A DNA stretch of 63,856 nt, counting the filler, from Myxococcota bacterium (GTDB lineage Bacteria > Myxococcota_C > UBA6777), in the NCBI GenBank assembly GCA_023150835.1. It is 3 parts of 3 records of this genome, joined end to end, with 100 filler letters (N's around TTAATTAATTAA, not from the genome) between each part and the next. Parts side by side here need not be neighbours in the genome. Positions count along the whole stretch, not along the records: positions 1 to 28,635 come from JAKLKB010000087.1; 2 more parts are not named here. One strand, given 5' to 3'. The notes beneath the pieces were generated by a model. The model did not search any database. It was not told where the DNA came from and saw only the letters and a list, made by a program, of their open reading frames with translations. This document shows positions 10,043 through 18,187 of the stretch, piece after piece. Position numbers and translations under genes: made by a program. How positions within the stretch are numbered: the stretch's first letter is position 1; every line of letters starts with the position of its first letter.

Positions 10043-11365
10043 GTGGTCCGTATCCTGATGGAGCCTTTTCGCAAAGCTTTGATCGTCGAATCTCCGCATC
10101 TCTCGCTGGATGAACACCTTCGCGAGATCGGGATCACTCCTGTTCGAGAAGATCATATCCCCGATGAACAGGCGTTGATCGATGCGATGCACCGGTCGGG
10201 CGCGCAGATCCTGTTTAAGCGCAGCCGTGTTCCTGTGACACGCGCTGTGATCGAGGCCTGCCCTGAGCTTCATGCGATCCAGCTTTGCTGTATCGGCGAC
10301 GATTCCATCGACAAAGTCGCTGCCGCAGAACACGGCATCTTGGTTTTTAACGACCCGATCTCCAACGGACGCTCGGTGGTTGAACTTGCTGTGGCTCATC
10401 TGATCGCCTTGTCTCGCCGGCTCTATGAAACCAACCAAGAGATCCATGCGCATCAGTGGTCGAAAACGGATCGCGGTCGCTACGAGATACACGGAAAGCG
10501 CGTCGGGATCGTCGGTTTGGGAAACATTGGACGCCAAGTCGCTCGCGCTCTCCAAGCCTTGGGCATGGGCGTAAACTTCTTTGACAATCGCCCCGTTGCC
10601 CAAGAGATCGGTCAAGAGATGGATTGGGTGATGATGCCTTCTCTTGAAGAACTGTTCGCGCAGTCCGATATGGTGACGGTCCACGTCTCCGCCTACGATT
10701 ATCTCGGAAACGACAACCAAAATGTCCTCGATCCCTATCTCTCGCTGCTTGCGTCAAAATGCGATCGGACTTCTCCCAAGATCTTCTTGAATCTTGCGCG
10801 TGGCAACTTGCATAGCGCAGAGGCCCTTCTGTCGGCTGTTTCGAGCGGCGCGATTCGTTATGCTGCGGTCGATGTCTTCCCCGAAGAACCCACCCCGGGC
10901 GCGGGCGTTTGGCGCAATCCGTACGCAGACGAACCCCGTATCATCTGCACGCCTCACATCGGCGGAGCCACAATGGAAGCACAACCCCGTATCGCCCGCC
11001 ATGTCAGCCAAACCGTCGAAGAATTCTCACTCTATGGCTCGCTGCGCGACTGCGTCTATGCTCCGCGCTTTTCGCTCTCGATCGCCGATCAAGTCCGTGG
11101 CAAGACCATCTTGGCGGTCGTTCACTCGACCGCTCGTGGAACCAAAAAAGCCATCGACGACGCCATCTACGAAGCCGAAGTCGACAACCTCGGCTCCTCT
11201 CACCGCGACTTTGATATCGGCGTGGCCTACGATATCTCGTACCTCAACCGCCCCCTACGCCGCGAAGAATTGATGAACCTCGTCGAACGCGCTGAACAGC
11301 TTTCCAAAACCCACAACGCTATCCGCGCCGTCCGCCAGATCGAAGTCCCCAAAAAAGGCTGGTAA
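10043..11365 (+). CDS. serA: D-isomer-specific 2-hydroxyacid dehydrogenase, D-3-phosphoglycerate dehydrogenase-like
   Basis: CCIGDD, NGRSVVEL, GIVGLGNIG, NLARG, AVDVFPEEP, TPHIGGATMEAQ and an ACT-like tail. Confidence 0.8.
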   Translation: MVRILMEPFRKALIVESPHLSLDEHLREIGITPVREDHIPDEQALIDAMHRSGAQILFKRSRVPVTRAVIEACPELHAIQLCCIGDDSIDKVAAAEHGILVFNDPISNGRSVVELAVAHLIALSRRLYETNQEIHAHQWSKTDRGRYEIHGKRVGIVGLGNIGRQVARALQALGMGVNFFDNRPVAQEIGQEMDWVMMPSLEELFAQSDMVTVHVSAYDYLGNDNQNVLDPYLSLLASKCDRTSPKIFLNLARGNLHSAEALLSAVSSGAIRYAAVDVFPEEPTPGAGVWRNPYADEPRIICTPHIGGATMEAQPRIARHVSQTVEEFSLYGSLRDCVYAPRFSLSIADQVRGKTILAVVHSTARGTKKAIDDAIYEAEVDNLGSSHRDFDIGVAYDISYLNRPLRREELMNLVERAEQLSKTHNAIRAVRQIEVPKKGW

Positions 11366-11476
11366 GACGAAATCCGCTCCTTAATTGCGTAAAGGTTGAG
11401 GGGCAGCAAGGCGTGGCTGCCCAACCATCGGGCAATGACAGCGAATCGCACCAACTCTTGCGATACCAGACGCCCG

Positions 11477-11764
11477 TTGCGTAATCGTCAAAATGTAGGG
11501 GCAGCCCCCTGTTGCTGCCCAACCGTCGGGCAATTTGCGTAATCGTCAAAATGTAGGGGCAGCCCCCTGTTGCTGCCCAACCATCGGGCAATTTGCGTAA
11601 TCGTCAAAATGTAGGGGCAGCCCCCTGTTGCTGCCCAACCATCGGGCAATTTGCGTAATCGTCAAAACGTAGGGGCAGCCCCCTGTTGCTGCCCAACCAT
11701 CGGGCAATTTGCGTAATCGTCAAAACGTAGGGGCAGCCCCCTGTGGCTGCCCAACCATCGGGCG
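11477..11764 (+). repeat. Tandem array of five 58-bp units, each with a GTAG-REP hairpin (expanded family A element)
   Basis: The unit TTGCGTAATCGTCAAAATGTAGGGGCAGCCCCCTGTTGCTGCCCAACCATCGGGCAAT starts at 11477, 11535, 11593, 11651 and 11709. Confidence 0.9.
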
Positions 11765-11807
11765 TCTGGGTGCTCTCTTTTGCTGTGTACATCACTCGGA
11801 GTTCGTA

Positions 11808-13937
11808 TTAACCCAAACGGGCGCTGTGTTCGAGCAGTTCTTGGGTTTCTTGGAAAAGCTCGGCTGCGTTTTTGTGCTTGGCATCAAGGCTGACATAGAC
11901 GCGATCAAGTGATATCTTGAAGCTCTGTCCGTGCTTTCCAATAAATTGGATCTGCGAAAAGTCTTGTTCGATGCGTTGGAGTGTTGCGGAGATCAGAGCA
12001 GGGGGGAGGGTGGGGATCAACACAGCCAGCGTGCATGTGTCCAGACGCGCAGCGATCGAAAAGGGCGGTGCGTGGTGCGTGAGCGAGTGCGCCAAGTGGA
12101 CGAGGACTTGGGCGCGCAAGACATAGCCGTGTTGTTCTGCGAGGGCTTCCCATCCGACGGGCCGAAGCAAACAAAGATGCAGCGGATTTTGCTTGATCTT
12201 GCTTTCTGTCACCCGCCGCTCAAGGCGATCCAAAAACAGACCCCGAGACCAGAGGTGGGTGAGGACATCTCGATAGCGGGTGCGGCTGATCTGACGGGCT
12301 GCTTGGAGGTGCATCTGCACTTGGGCGGTGATCTCTTCGTGCGGCTGTTGTTGTGTAATCACGGCATAGATGCCCGTTTGAAAAGCAGAGATCCGCAACG
12401 CTGGAGCGAGCGACGGAGCCAACAAAAGCACAGGCAGATCGCCCCATCGCGGGTTGATCCGCAAGACGCGGCACAGATCGAGGCCGCTAAATCCGCGTAA
12501 AGAGAAACCGACCATTAGCAGATCAGGTTCTTGAGCTTCGAGCGCTTCGAGCAGTTCAAGCGGAGAGAGCAGATGTTCGACCGAAAAGCCGCTTTCTTCG
12601 AGTGCTTGGGACACGAGTTCGGAAAATCCCGTCTCATCGTGTACCACAAGAATTCGCGCACTGTACGCGGCTTGGTGGCCTGTCATCCGACGTAGCGCAT
12701 CGAGCCATGCGTGTTCTTGAAGCGGCTTGATCAGCAGTTGGGAGGGGGTGATCTGAGCCGCCATCATTCGGTGATGGATCTCGGCTTGATCGGTGACGAA
12801 CATCACAGGGATACGATCCATCTCAGGCCGCTGACGGAGCTTTTGCACCCAACTGACGCCGTTTTGGATCGCCGCCGTTTGTTGGCGCATCGATAAGGGC
12901 GCATCTTGAGCATTCTTGGAGGCTGGGGTGCTGACATCCACATAAAAAGCATCGAAAGCGTAGCGCGTAAGCAGCCGCTCGATCGTTTCCCAGCTTTCGC
13001 CTGCGTGCAGTTTGATCCGATGGCGGTTCGCCCAAAAGGCCATCTCTCCGACATCTTCGAGGCGTTTTCCGATCAACAGCAGATTGAAGTACTCGCCCTG
13101 TGACTCATCGCCTCCGACGGTCTGTTCTTCGGCGGGCTGTTGAGCTTGGACAAGACACCACTCCAGACGATCTTGAAGGTAGGTCCAAGGGTTTTGGGAG
13201 ATCACTTCGGGAGATGAAGCGAGAAATTCTTTGGGATTGAGCAACAGATACAAGCCGCGTTCGATCTGTCCGAGCACTTCGCTGATCGCGTGCAGCTGCA
13301 ACATCCCTGCGCGGCTATGGAGTTGTTGGATATCTCGGTGGGTTTGAAAAAGGATCGCCAGTTGGTTTGTATCCCGATACACCCGCGAGACTTGTTCGAG
13401 GGCTTGGTAAAGTTTGTCTTCGAGTTCGGGGAAAAACGCAGCGCGGGCTTTTTCGAGCTGAGAGGCGGCTTCGGATGTAGCGTGTGGAAGGGCTTGTTGG
13501 AAGGTGGGGATCGCATCAAGCGTTGGATGGACGCTGATCTCTCCATCGGTGCGCTCGTTACTCCCGAGCGGAGCGAGGTATTCGACGTACATCAAGAGTT
13601 CGTCGATGTTGATTGGTTTGCTGAGGATCTTGTAGACACCGAGTTCTCTGGTCAACATCGCAAGCAAGGTTTGATTGCGTGTGAGGACAGACAACGCGGA
13701 CACAAACAGGATCGGGCTTTGATATCCGCGCCGTCGGATCTCTCGGATCAGATCAGGGCCGATCATCTCGGGTAGCTGGCCTTCTATCAACAGCAGATCG
13801 ATCCGCTGTCGAGCGAGCAGGGCAAGGGCTTTGGAAGGCGTGGAGGCTGTGTACGTCGAATATCCTCGCTGTTGCAGGGTTTCTGTAATCAAATCGCAAA
13901 AGCCCTGATCCACATCGACCACAAGAACTGAGCGCAT
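11808..13937 (-). CDS. Multi-domain response regulator (REC-Hpt-like-REC-REC-degenerate GGDEF)
   Basis: VLVVDVD...ILSKP, FYVD...LIKP and ILVVHD...GLDLCR..PVLLL receiver-like segments. The GGDEF entry motif DVLTHLWSR is present but the active-site motif reads RLDTCT. Confidence 0.8.
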   Translation of the reverse strand: MRSVLVVDVDQGFCDLITETLQQRGYSTYTASTPSKALALLARQRIDLLLIEGQLPEMIGPDLIREIRRRGYQSPILFVSALSVLTRNQTLLAMLTRELGVYKILSKPINIDELLMYVEYLAPLGSNERTDGEISVHPTLDAIPTFQQALPHATSEAASQLEKARAAFFPELEDKLYQALEQVSRVYRDTNQLAILFQTHRDIQQLHSRAGMLQLHAISEVLGQIERGLYLLLNPKEFLASSPEVISQNPWTYLQDRLEWCLVQAQQPAEEQTVGGDESQGEYFNLLLIGKRLEDVGEMAFWANRHRIKLHAGESWETIERLLTRYAFDAFYVDVSTPASKNAQDAPLSMRQQTAAIQNGVSWVQKLRQRPEMDRIPVMFVTDQAEIHHRMMAAQITPSQLLIKPLQEHAWLDALRRMTGHQAAYSARILVVHDETGFSELVSQALEESGFSVEHLLSPLELLEALEAQEPDLLMVGFSLRGFSGLDLCRVLRINPRWGDLPVLLLAPSLAPALRISAFQTGIYAVITQQQPHEEITAQVQMHLQAARQISRTRYRDVLTHLWSRGLFLDRLERRVTESKIKQNPLHLCLLRPVGWEALAEQHGYVLRAQVLVHLAHSLTHHAPPFSIAARLDTCTLAVLIPTLPPALISATLQRIEQDFSQIQFIGKHGQSFKISLDRVYVSLDAKHKNAAELFQETQELLEHSARLG

Positions 13938-13983
13938 GAAAAGATCCTTGTTGGGCAAAAAGAATGAACCAACCCAGTTAGAA

Positions 13984-14153
13984 TAGGACTTACGCAGTTG
14001 GGCTTATTTTGTGGGGTTTCACCCCACGCCCCACAAGGGACTGTCGCCCCTTGACCCCGTATTGGCGAGACGATCACTGCTTTTTCAAATCAGCGACGCT
14101 CTCGCTTGAAACACCGCGAACACGGCTTTTTTTGGGCAACTGCGTGACTTCTA
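13984..14153 (+). mobile_element. Family B MITE-like element (170 bp) with terminal inverted repeats
   Basis: TAGGACTTACGCAGTTG ... CAACTGCGTGACTTCTA ends enclose the GTGGGG...CCCCACGCCCC..AGGGACTGTCGCCCCTTGACCCC core. Confidence 0.75.
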
Positions 14154-14367
14154 CCCAGTATTCGCGGGGAGAAAAGCGATTCCCCTGTCTCGGCGAAGCG
14201 AACAGCGGTTTTTCACACCATAGACCGCGCCGCTTGAGATATCGTGAGATCTGCTTTTTTGGCAAGACGCTCTGGCCTCGTACAGAAGAGACCGCCCAAC
14301 CATCCGCGACATTCAGATGTGCTTTCCTCCAAAGCGATGCGAAGCTTTGGGCTAGAAAAAATTCGCG

Positions 14368-14482
14368 GCCTTGTGGTATGTTGTCGCGCTGTAAGAGCGA
14401 TGTCATCTCGACTTGGGGGGCGATTTGAACCGATTGATCGGGAGCCTTGTGGTATGTTGTCGCGCTGTAAGAGCGATGTCAT
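14368..14482 (+). repeat. Two identical 39-bp direct repeats separated by a 37-bp spacer
   Basis: GCCTTGTGGTATGTTGTCGCGCTGTAAGAGCGATGTCAT at 14368-14406 and 14444-14482. Confidence 0.85.
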
Positions 14483-14602
14483 GGGAGCGAGTTTTGCCGC
14501 CCTCGTCTCTTCTGCTGCGCAAGATCGTCGGGCAGCCACAGGGCTAACACTCGGACACTTCGTCTATTCTCATAGAGCCACCGAATGTTTGTCATCAAAT
14601 CA

Positions 14603-14802
14603 GGGACAAGCTCAAGTCAAGTGGGGACAAGCTCAAGTCAAGCGGGGACAAGCTCAAGTCAAGCGGGGACAAGCTCAAGTCAAGTGGGGACAAGCTCAAG
14701 TCAAGTGGGGACAAGCTCAAGTCAAGTGGGGACAAGCTCAAGTCAAGTGGGGACAAGCTCAAGTCAAGTGGGGACAAGCTCAAGTCAAGTGGGGACAAGC
14801 TC
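14603..14802 (+). repeat. 21-bp tandem repeat, about 9.5 copies
   Basis: GGGGACAAGCTCAAGTCAAG(T/C) repeated. Confidence 0.92.
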
Positions 14803-14872
14803 TGCGCATCGAAAAAGGCAGAAAGCAAGCAAACTCGTACGTCCGCGAGGCACCAAAGACGTGTTGAGGGTT

Positions 14873-15157
14873 ATACGAGATCCGCGTAATGTATGATCGC
14901 ATGATGTAGGGGCGGTTCGCGAACCGCCCGATTCTTGGGCAGCGAACCGCCCGATTCTTGGGCAGCCACAGGGGGCTGCCCCTACACTTTCCAACAGGTT
15001 AGCATGGTCGCCCCTTGCAACTATTCTTGGGCAGCCACAGGGGGCTGCCCCTACACTTTCCAACAGGTTAGCATGGTCGCCCCTTGCAACTATTCTTGGG
15101 CAGCCACAGGGGGCTGCCCCTACACCTTTACGCACGCAACGGGCGGATCTCGTTATG
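14873..15157. repeat. Composite family A element with a 69-bp REP tandem (about 2.5 copies)
   Basis: Starts ATACGAGATCC and ends GGATCTCGTTAT. ATTCTTGGGCAGCCACAGGGGGCTGCCCCTACA occurs at 14954, 15023 and 15092. Confidence 0.8.
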
Positions 15158-15159
15158 GC

Positions 15160-15295
15160 AAAAAAATCCGTGTTCGCGCCATGTCAAGCGGCTGTGCTGT
15201 TCGTTTGAAACGCCGTCGCTCACCCCGCCAACAGGGGGTCAAGGGGCGACAGTCCCTTGCGGGGTATGGGGCAGCGCCCCAGAAAACAGAAAGTG
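15160..15295 (-). repeat. Family B element
   Basis: CCGTGTTCGCG...GGGGTCAAGGGGCGACAGTCCCTTGCGGGGTATGGGGCAGCGCCCC. Confidence 0.75.
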
Positions 15296-15341
15296 CGGTG
15301 TAGGGGGGGCTAACAAAACAGAAAGCACGACGTGTTGAGGG

Positions 15342-17966
15342 TTAATCGTTGCGTTGGTTGGCTTCGATGGAGAGGTTGTGGGAGCCAGCGGGGGTGTGGA
15401 TGGAGAGCAGGCGGCGGGTGGTGTCCCAGAAGTAGCATCCGTCGGTGCATTGGAGGAGGGCGGTTTCGTCGGGGGCGCTGGAGAGGTCTTTTTGGTTGAG
15501 GGTGATGCGTTTGGGGGTTTCGAGGCGGAGAAAGACGAGGACGGAGCCTTGGGTGAATTCTTTACCTTGTTGGAGGGAGAACTGGAGGATGGGGGCGTCT
15601 TTGAGGGAGGCTTGTGTGCCATCGAAGAGAGTGAAAGAGGCGTCTGCACCCGGGGCGATGTGAAGAGTGAGCTTGTTGAGGTTGGGTTGGGCGGAGACGA
15701 TATCAGAGGAAGAAGTGGGGGAGAGAGTGTCGATATCGGGCCGTAGCAAGGGGACAATGGAGCCTGCGCGTTGGAGCAATGGGAGCCGATCAAGCGGGGC
15801 ATTGTAGGTGATATCGCCTGCATTGTAGCGGGTTTGATCCCACCAATCGAACCAGACGGTGCCTTTGGGGATTCGGATGCTGCGAGAAGTTTTTCCATCG
15901 ACGATCGGAGCAACGAGCAGGGCGTCACCGAGCAAAAAGAGGTCGTCGGGATGGTGGTCTTCGTCAGGATAGGCGGCTCCAAAAGGGCGGGTGGGACCGC
16001 GTTGATGTTGGTTTGCGGCGACGGCGTAAGTGTAGAGATAAGGGAATAGGCGTGTATGGAGTCGGATGTAAGTGCGGAAGTTATCGAGGACTTGTTGATC
16101 GAATTGGGAGTTTCCGTAGCGGGTGAAGTCCCAAGGATTGACGTTGGGGTCGGGTCCACCGATCTGCATGATGGTTCCGAGGGCGGTCATCTGGCCCCAT
16201 CGGATAAAGTCTTCTTTGGTGGGGCGAGGTGAGCGATAGCCGCCTGTATCGGCCCCATACAAGGGGAATCCGCTCATGCTTAGCGTGAGTCCTGCGATCA
16301 AGGCGGCAGGAAGGCCCCCGACGTAAAGAGCGCTGGTGCCTTTGGGATCGCGGTGTTTTTGCAGCCCTGTGTTCAAGTCGCCCGGCCAGACGATCTGTGT
16401 GTAGCGTTGGCTGCCAAGCGATCCGCCTCGGCAGATCAAAAATCCGCCGTCCGTTCCGAGTGTTTCGGCGTAGGTTTGGTGATAATAGCGGGCGTATTTG
16501 TGGTGCATACTGCGCTCATCTTCGCCATTGTGGAAGCCGTAGCGCAGGCGGGCATCGTAGAGTCCGACTTGGATATCTTCGCCGTAGTCGAGTTTGAAGC
16601 CTTCGATGCCGAGAGCGCGGATCTTTTTGATCTGGTCTTGCCAGAAGCTTTTGACGGTGGGGTTGGTCAAGTCGAGGGGATCGCTCCATTTGTTGAGTTT
16701 TTGGAAGCCCATCTTGACGAAGTAGCCGTTGTTTGTGGCGAAGGAGTGGAGGTCGGCGGTGGGTTCGAGATAGGGTGTGGACCAGACACCGACGCGAAAG
16801 CCGTTGGCATGGAGTTGTTTGATCATGCCCGTTGCATCGGGGAAGCGCTTGGGATCAAAGCCGAAGTTGTTGACAGCGGTGTCGTAGGGGCGATCGATCC
16901 AGAGGGCGGATATGGCGAGATCGTGTTTTCGGATCTGCGTGGCATCGTCGAGGACTTCGGCTTGGTCTTTGTTTTCATCGCGCCAAAGCAGGGTGCCAAA
17001 AGCCCACCGTGCGGGGAGGGCGGGCGCCCCTGTGATCCGCGTATAAAGCCCGGGTACATCGAGGGGATGAGCTGCGCTCAACAAATAAAACGTCAGATCG
17101 TTGTCGGTGTGAAAGGTGGTGGTGAGGGAGTCTTTTTCACGGGCGGCCATATCGAAGGTCCCGGGGAAGAAGGACTCGACCAAAAGCCCCCATGCGCGGG
17201 TGCTTGTGAAGAAGGGTATCGGGATATGCGCTTCGTTGTAGCCGCTTTCCATCTTGAGGTCGACTTCGATCTGCATGGCGCGGAGTTTTCCGCGATGGGC
17301 GACGCTATCAAAGTATTCGCCAAGCCCGTAATAATTTTCTTTGTCGGCAGCGGGAAGTCGCAGACGTATCCAAACCGTTCGTGGTTGGGCGGTTTCAGGC
17401 TTGAGATGAAGTTTCCAGATCCCGTCTTCTTGGCTGCGGATGGTGAGCGTGGCGGTGATCGCGTTGGGATAGCGAAGCGTAAACGTCGCGCTGTCGCTGG
17501 TTTGCTGTTGGAGAGTCGCGCTTTCGGGTGAGAGCCAGCGCAAGCCGCTTGGTTGGATGGCTTTTTGTCCGTCATGTTCGTAAAGCCACCAAGGATCGTG
17601 GTTATAGTCGGGTTTGTAGGCATCCACGACGCCAAGCTGTAAGCCCGCCATCGGAAGGGTCATCTGCTCGGTGGTTTGGTGCATTAAGCGAATCGCCCAA
17701 GGAGAGCCGATCAAAAGGCTACTGCGCCCACGTTGAAGCGTCACCTCTTGGGCGGTCTGATCGCGGTCTTCTTCGCGAGCAGACTCTCCGCCATCGGTGT
17801 TTGTGGTCTTTGGATCACAGCCGATGGCCGCAAGCCAAAAGAACAAAACACACAAGCTACCGATCCAAAAAGCCGCTTGGAGCTTGGGTTGAAGAAGTGA
17901 AGGTGCTCTTGTTCGGGTGGCCCGTTGGTTGGGAAGATGGGTGCGATCTGTGCAGGTGGAAAACAT
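15342..17966 (-). CDS. Glycoside hydrolase family 31, probable lipoprotein; start uncertain
   Basis: YYGLGE, PARWAFG, WIDRPY, GIEGFKLDYGE (nucleophile Asp), WPGD, GADTGGY and LFPYLY; lipobox-like LAAIGC. Confidence 0.88.
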   Translation of the reverse strand: MFSTCTDRTHLPNQRATRTRAPSLLQPKLQAAFWIGSLCVLFFWLAAIGCDPKTTNTDGGESAREEDRDQTAQEVTLQRGRSSLLIGSPWAIRLMHQTTEQMTLPMAGLQLGVVDAYKPDYNHDPWWLYEHDGQKAIQPSGLRWLSPESATLQQQTSDSATFTLRYPNAITATLTIRSQEDGIWKLHLKPETAQPRTVWIRLRLPAADKENYYGLGEYFDSVAHRGKLRAMQIEVDLKMESGYNEAHIPIPFFTSTRAWGLLVESFFPGTFDMAAREKDSLTTTFHTDNDLTFYLLSAAHPLDVPGLYTRITGAPALPARWAFGTLLWRDENKDQAEVLDDATQIRKHDLAISALWIDRPYDTAVNNFGFDPKRFPDATGMIKQLHANGFRVGVWSTPYLEPTADLHSFATNNGYFVKMGFQKLNKWSDPLDLTNPTVKSFWQDQIKKIRALGIEGFKLDYGEDIQVGLYDARLRYGFHNGEDERSMHHKYARYYHQTYAETLGTDGGFLICRGGSLGSQRYTQIVWPGDLNTGLQKHRDPKGTSALYVGGLPAALIAGLTLSMSGFPLYGADTGGYRSPRPTKEDFIRWGQMTALGTIMQIGGPDPNVNPWDFTRYGNSQFDQQVLDNFRTYIRLHTRLFPYLYTYAVAANQHQRGPTRPFGAAYPDEDHHPDDLFLLGDALLVAPIVDGKTSRSIRIPKGTVWFDWWDQTRYNAGDITYNAPLDRLPLLQRAGSIVPLLRPDIDTLSPTSSSDIVSAQPNLNKLTLHIAPGADASFTLFDGTQASLKDAPILQFSLQQGKEFTQGSVLVFLRLETPKRITLNQKDLSSAPDETALLQCTDGCYFWDTTRRLLSIHTPAGSHNLSIEANQRND

Positions 17967-18000
17967 CGAAAGCCCTTTTTGCATAAGTGTCTGTGAAGGA

Positions 18001-18175
18001 CAGGAGTGACGTAGCCGGTAAAACCCCCGTGTTCGCACCACTCCAAGCGGCAGAGTCGTTTATTTGAAGATCCTGTGATCTCTCCGCCGATACGGGGTCA
18101 AGGGGCGAAAGTCTATGGCGGGGCGCGGTACCTCGCCCCACAAAACCCCAAACCCAAAAAGCGAGATACCTGTCC
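18001..18175 (-). repeat. Family B element
   Basis: CAGGAGTGACGTAG terminus and CCCCGTGTTCGC...GGGGTCAAGGGGCG core. Confidence 0.7.
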
Positions 18176-18187
18176 TCGAAGGGGAGA

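Noticed and set aside
11477-11764. CRISPR array
   Set aside because: Units are near-identical with no unique spacers; it is a REP-derived tandem and there are no cas genes.
14244-14867. ORFs with QAQVKWG / GTSSSQV repeats
   Set aside because: They stay open because the 21-bp unit lacks stops; there is no convincing RBS or domain.
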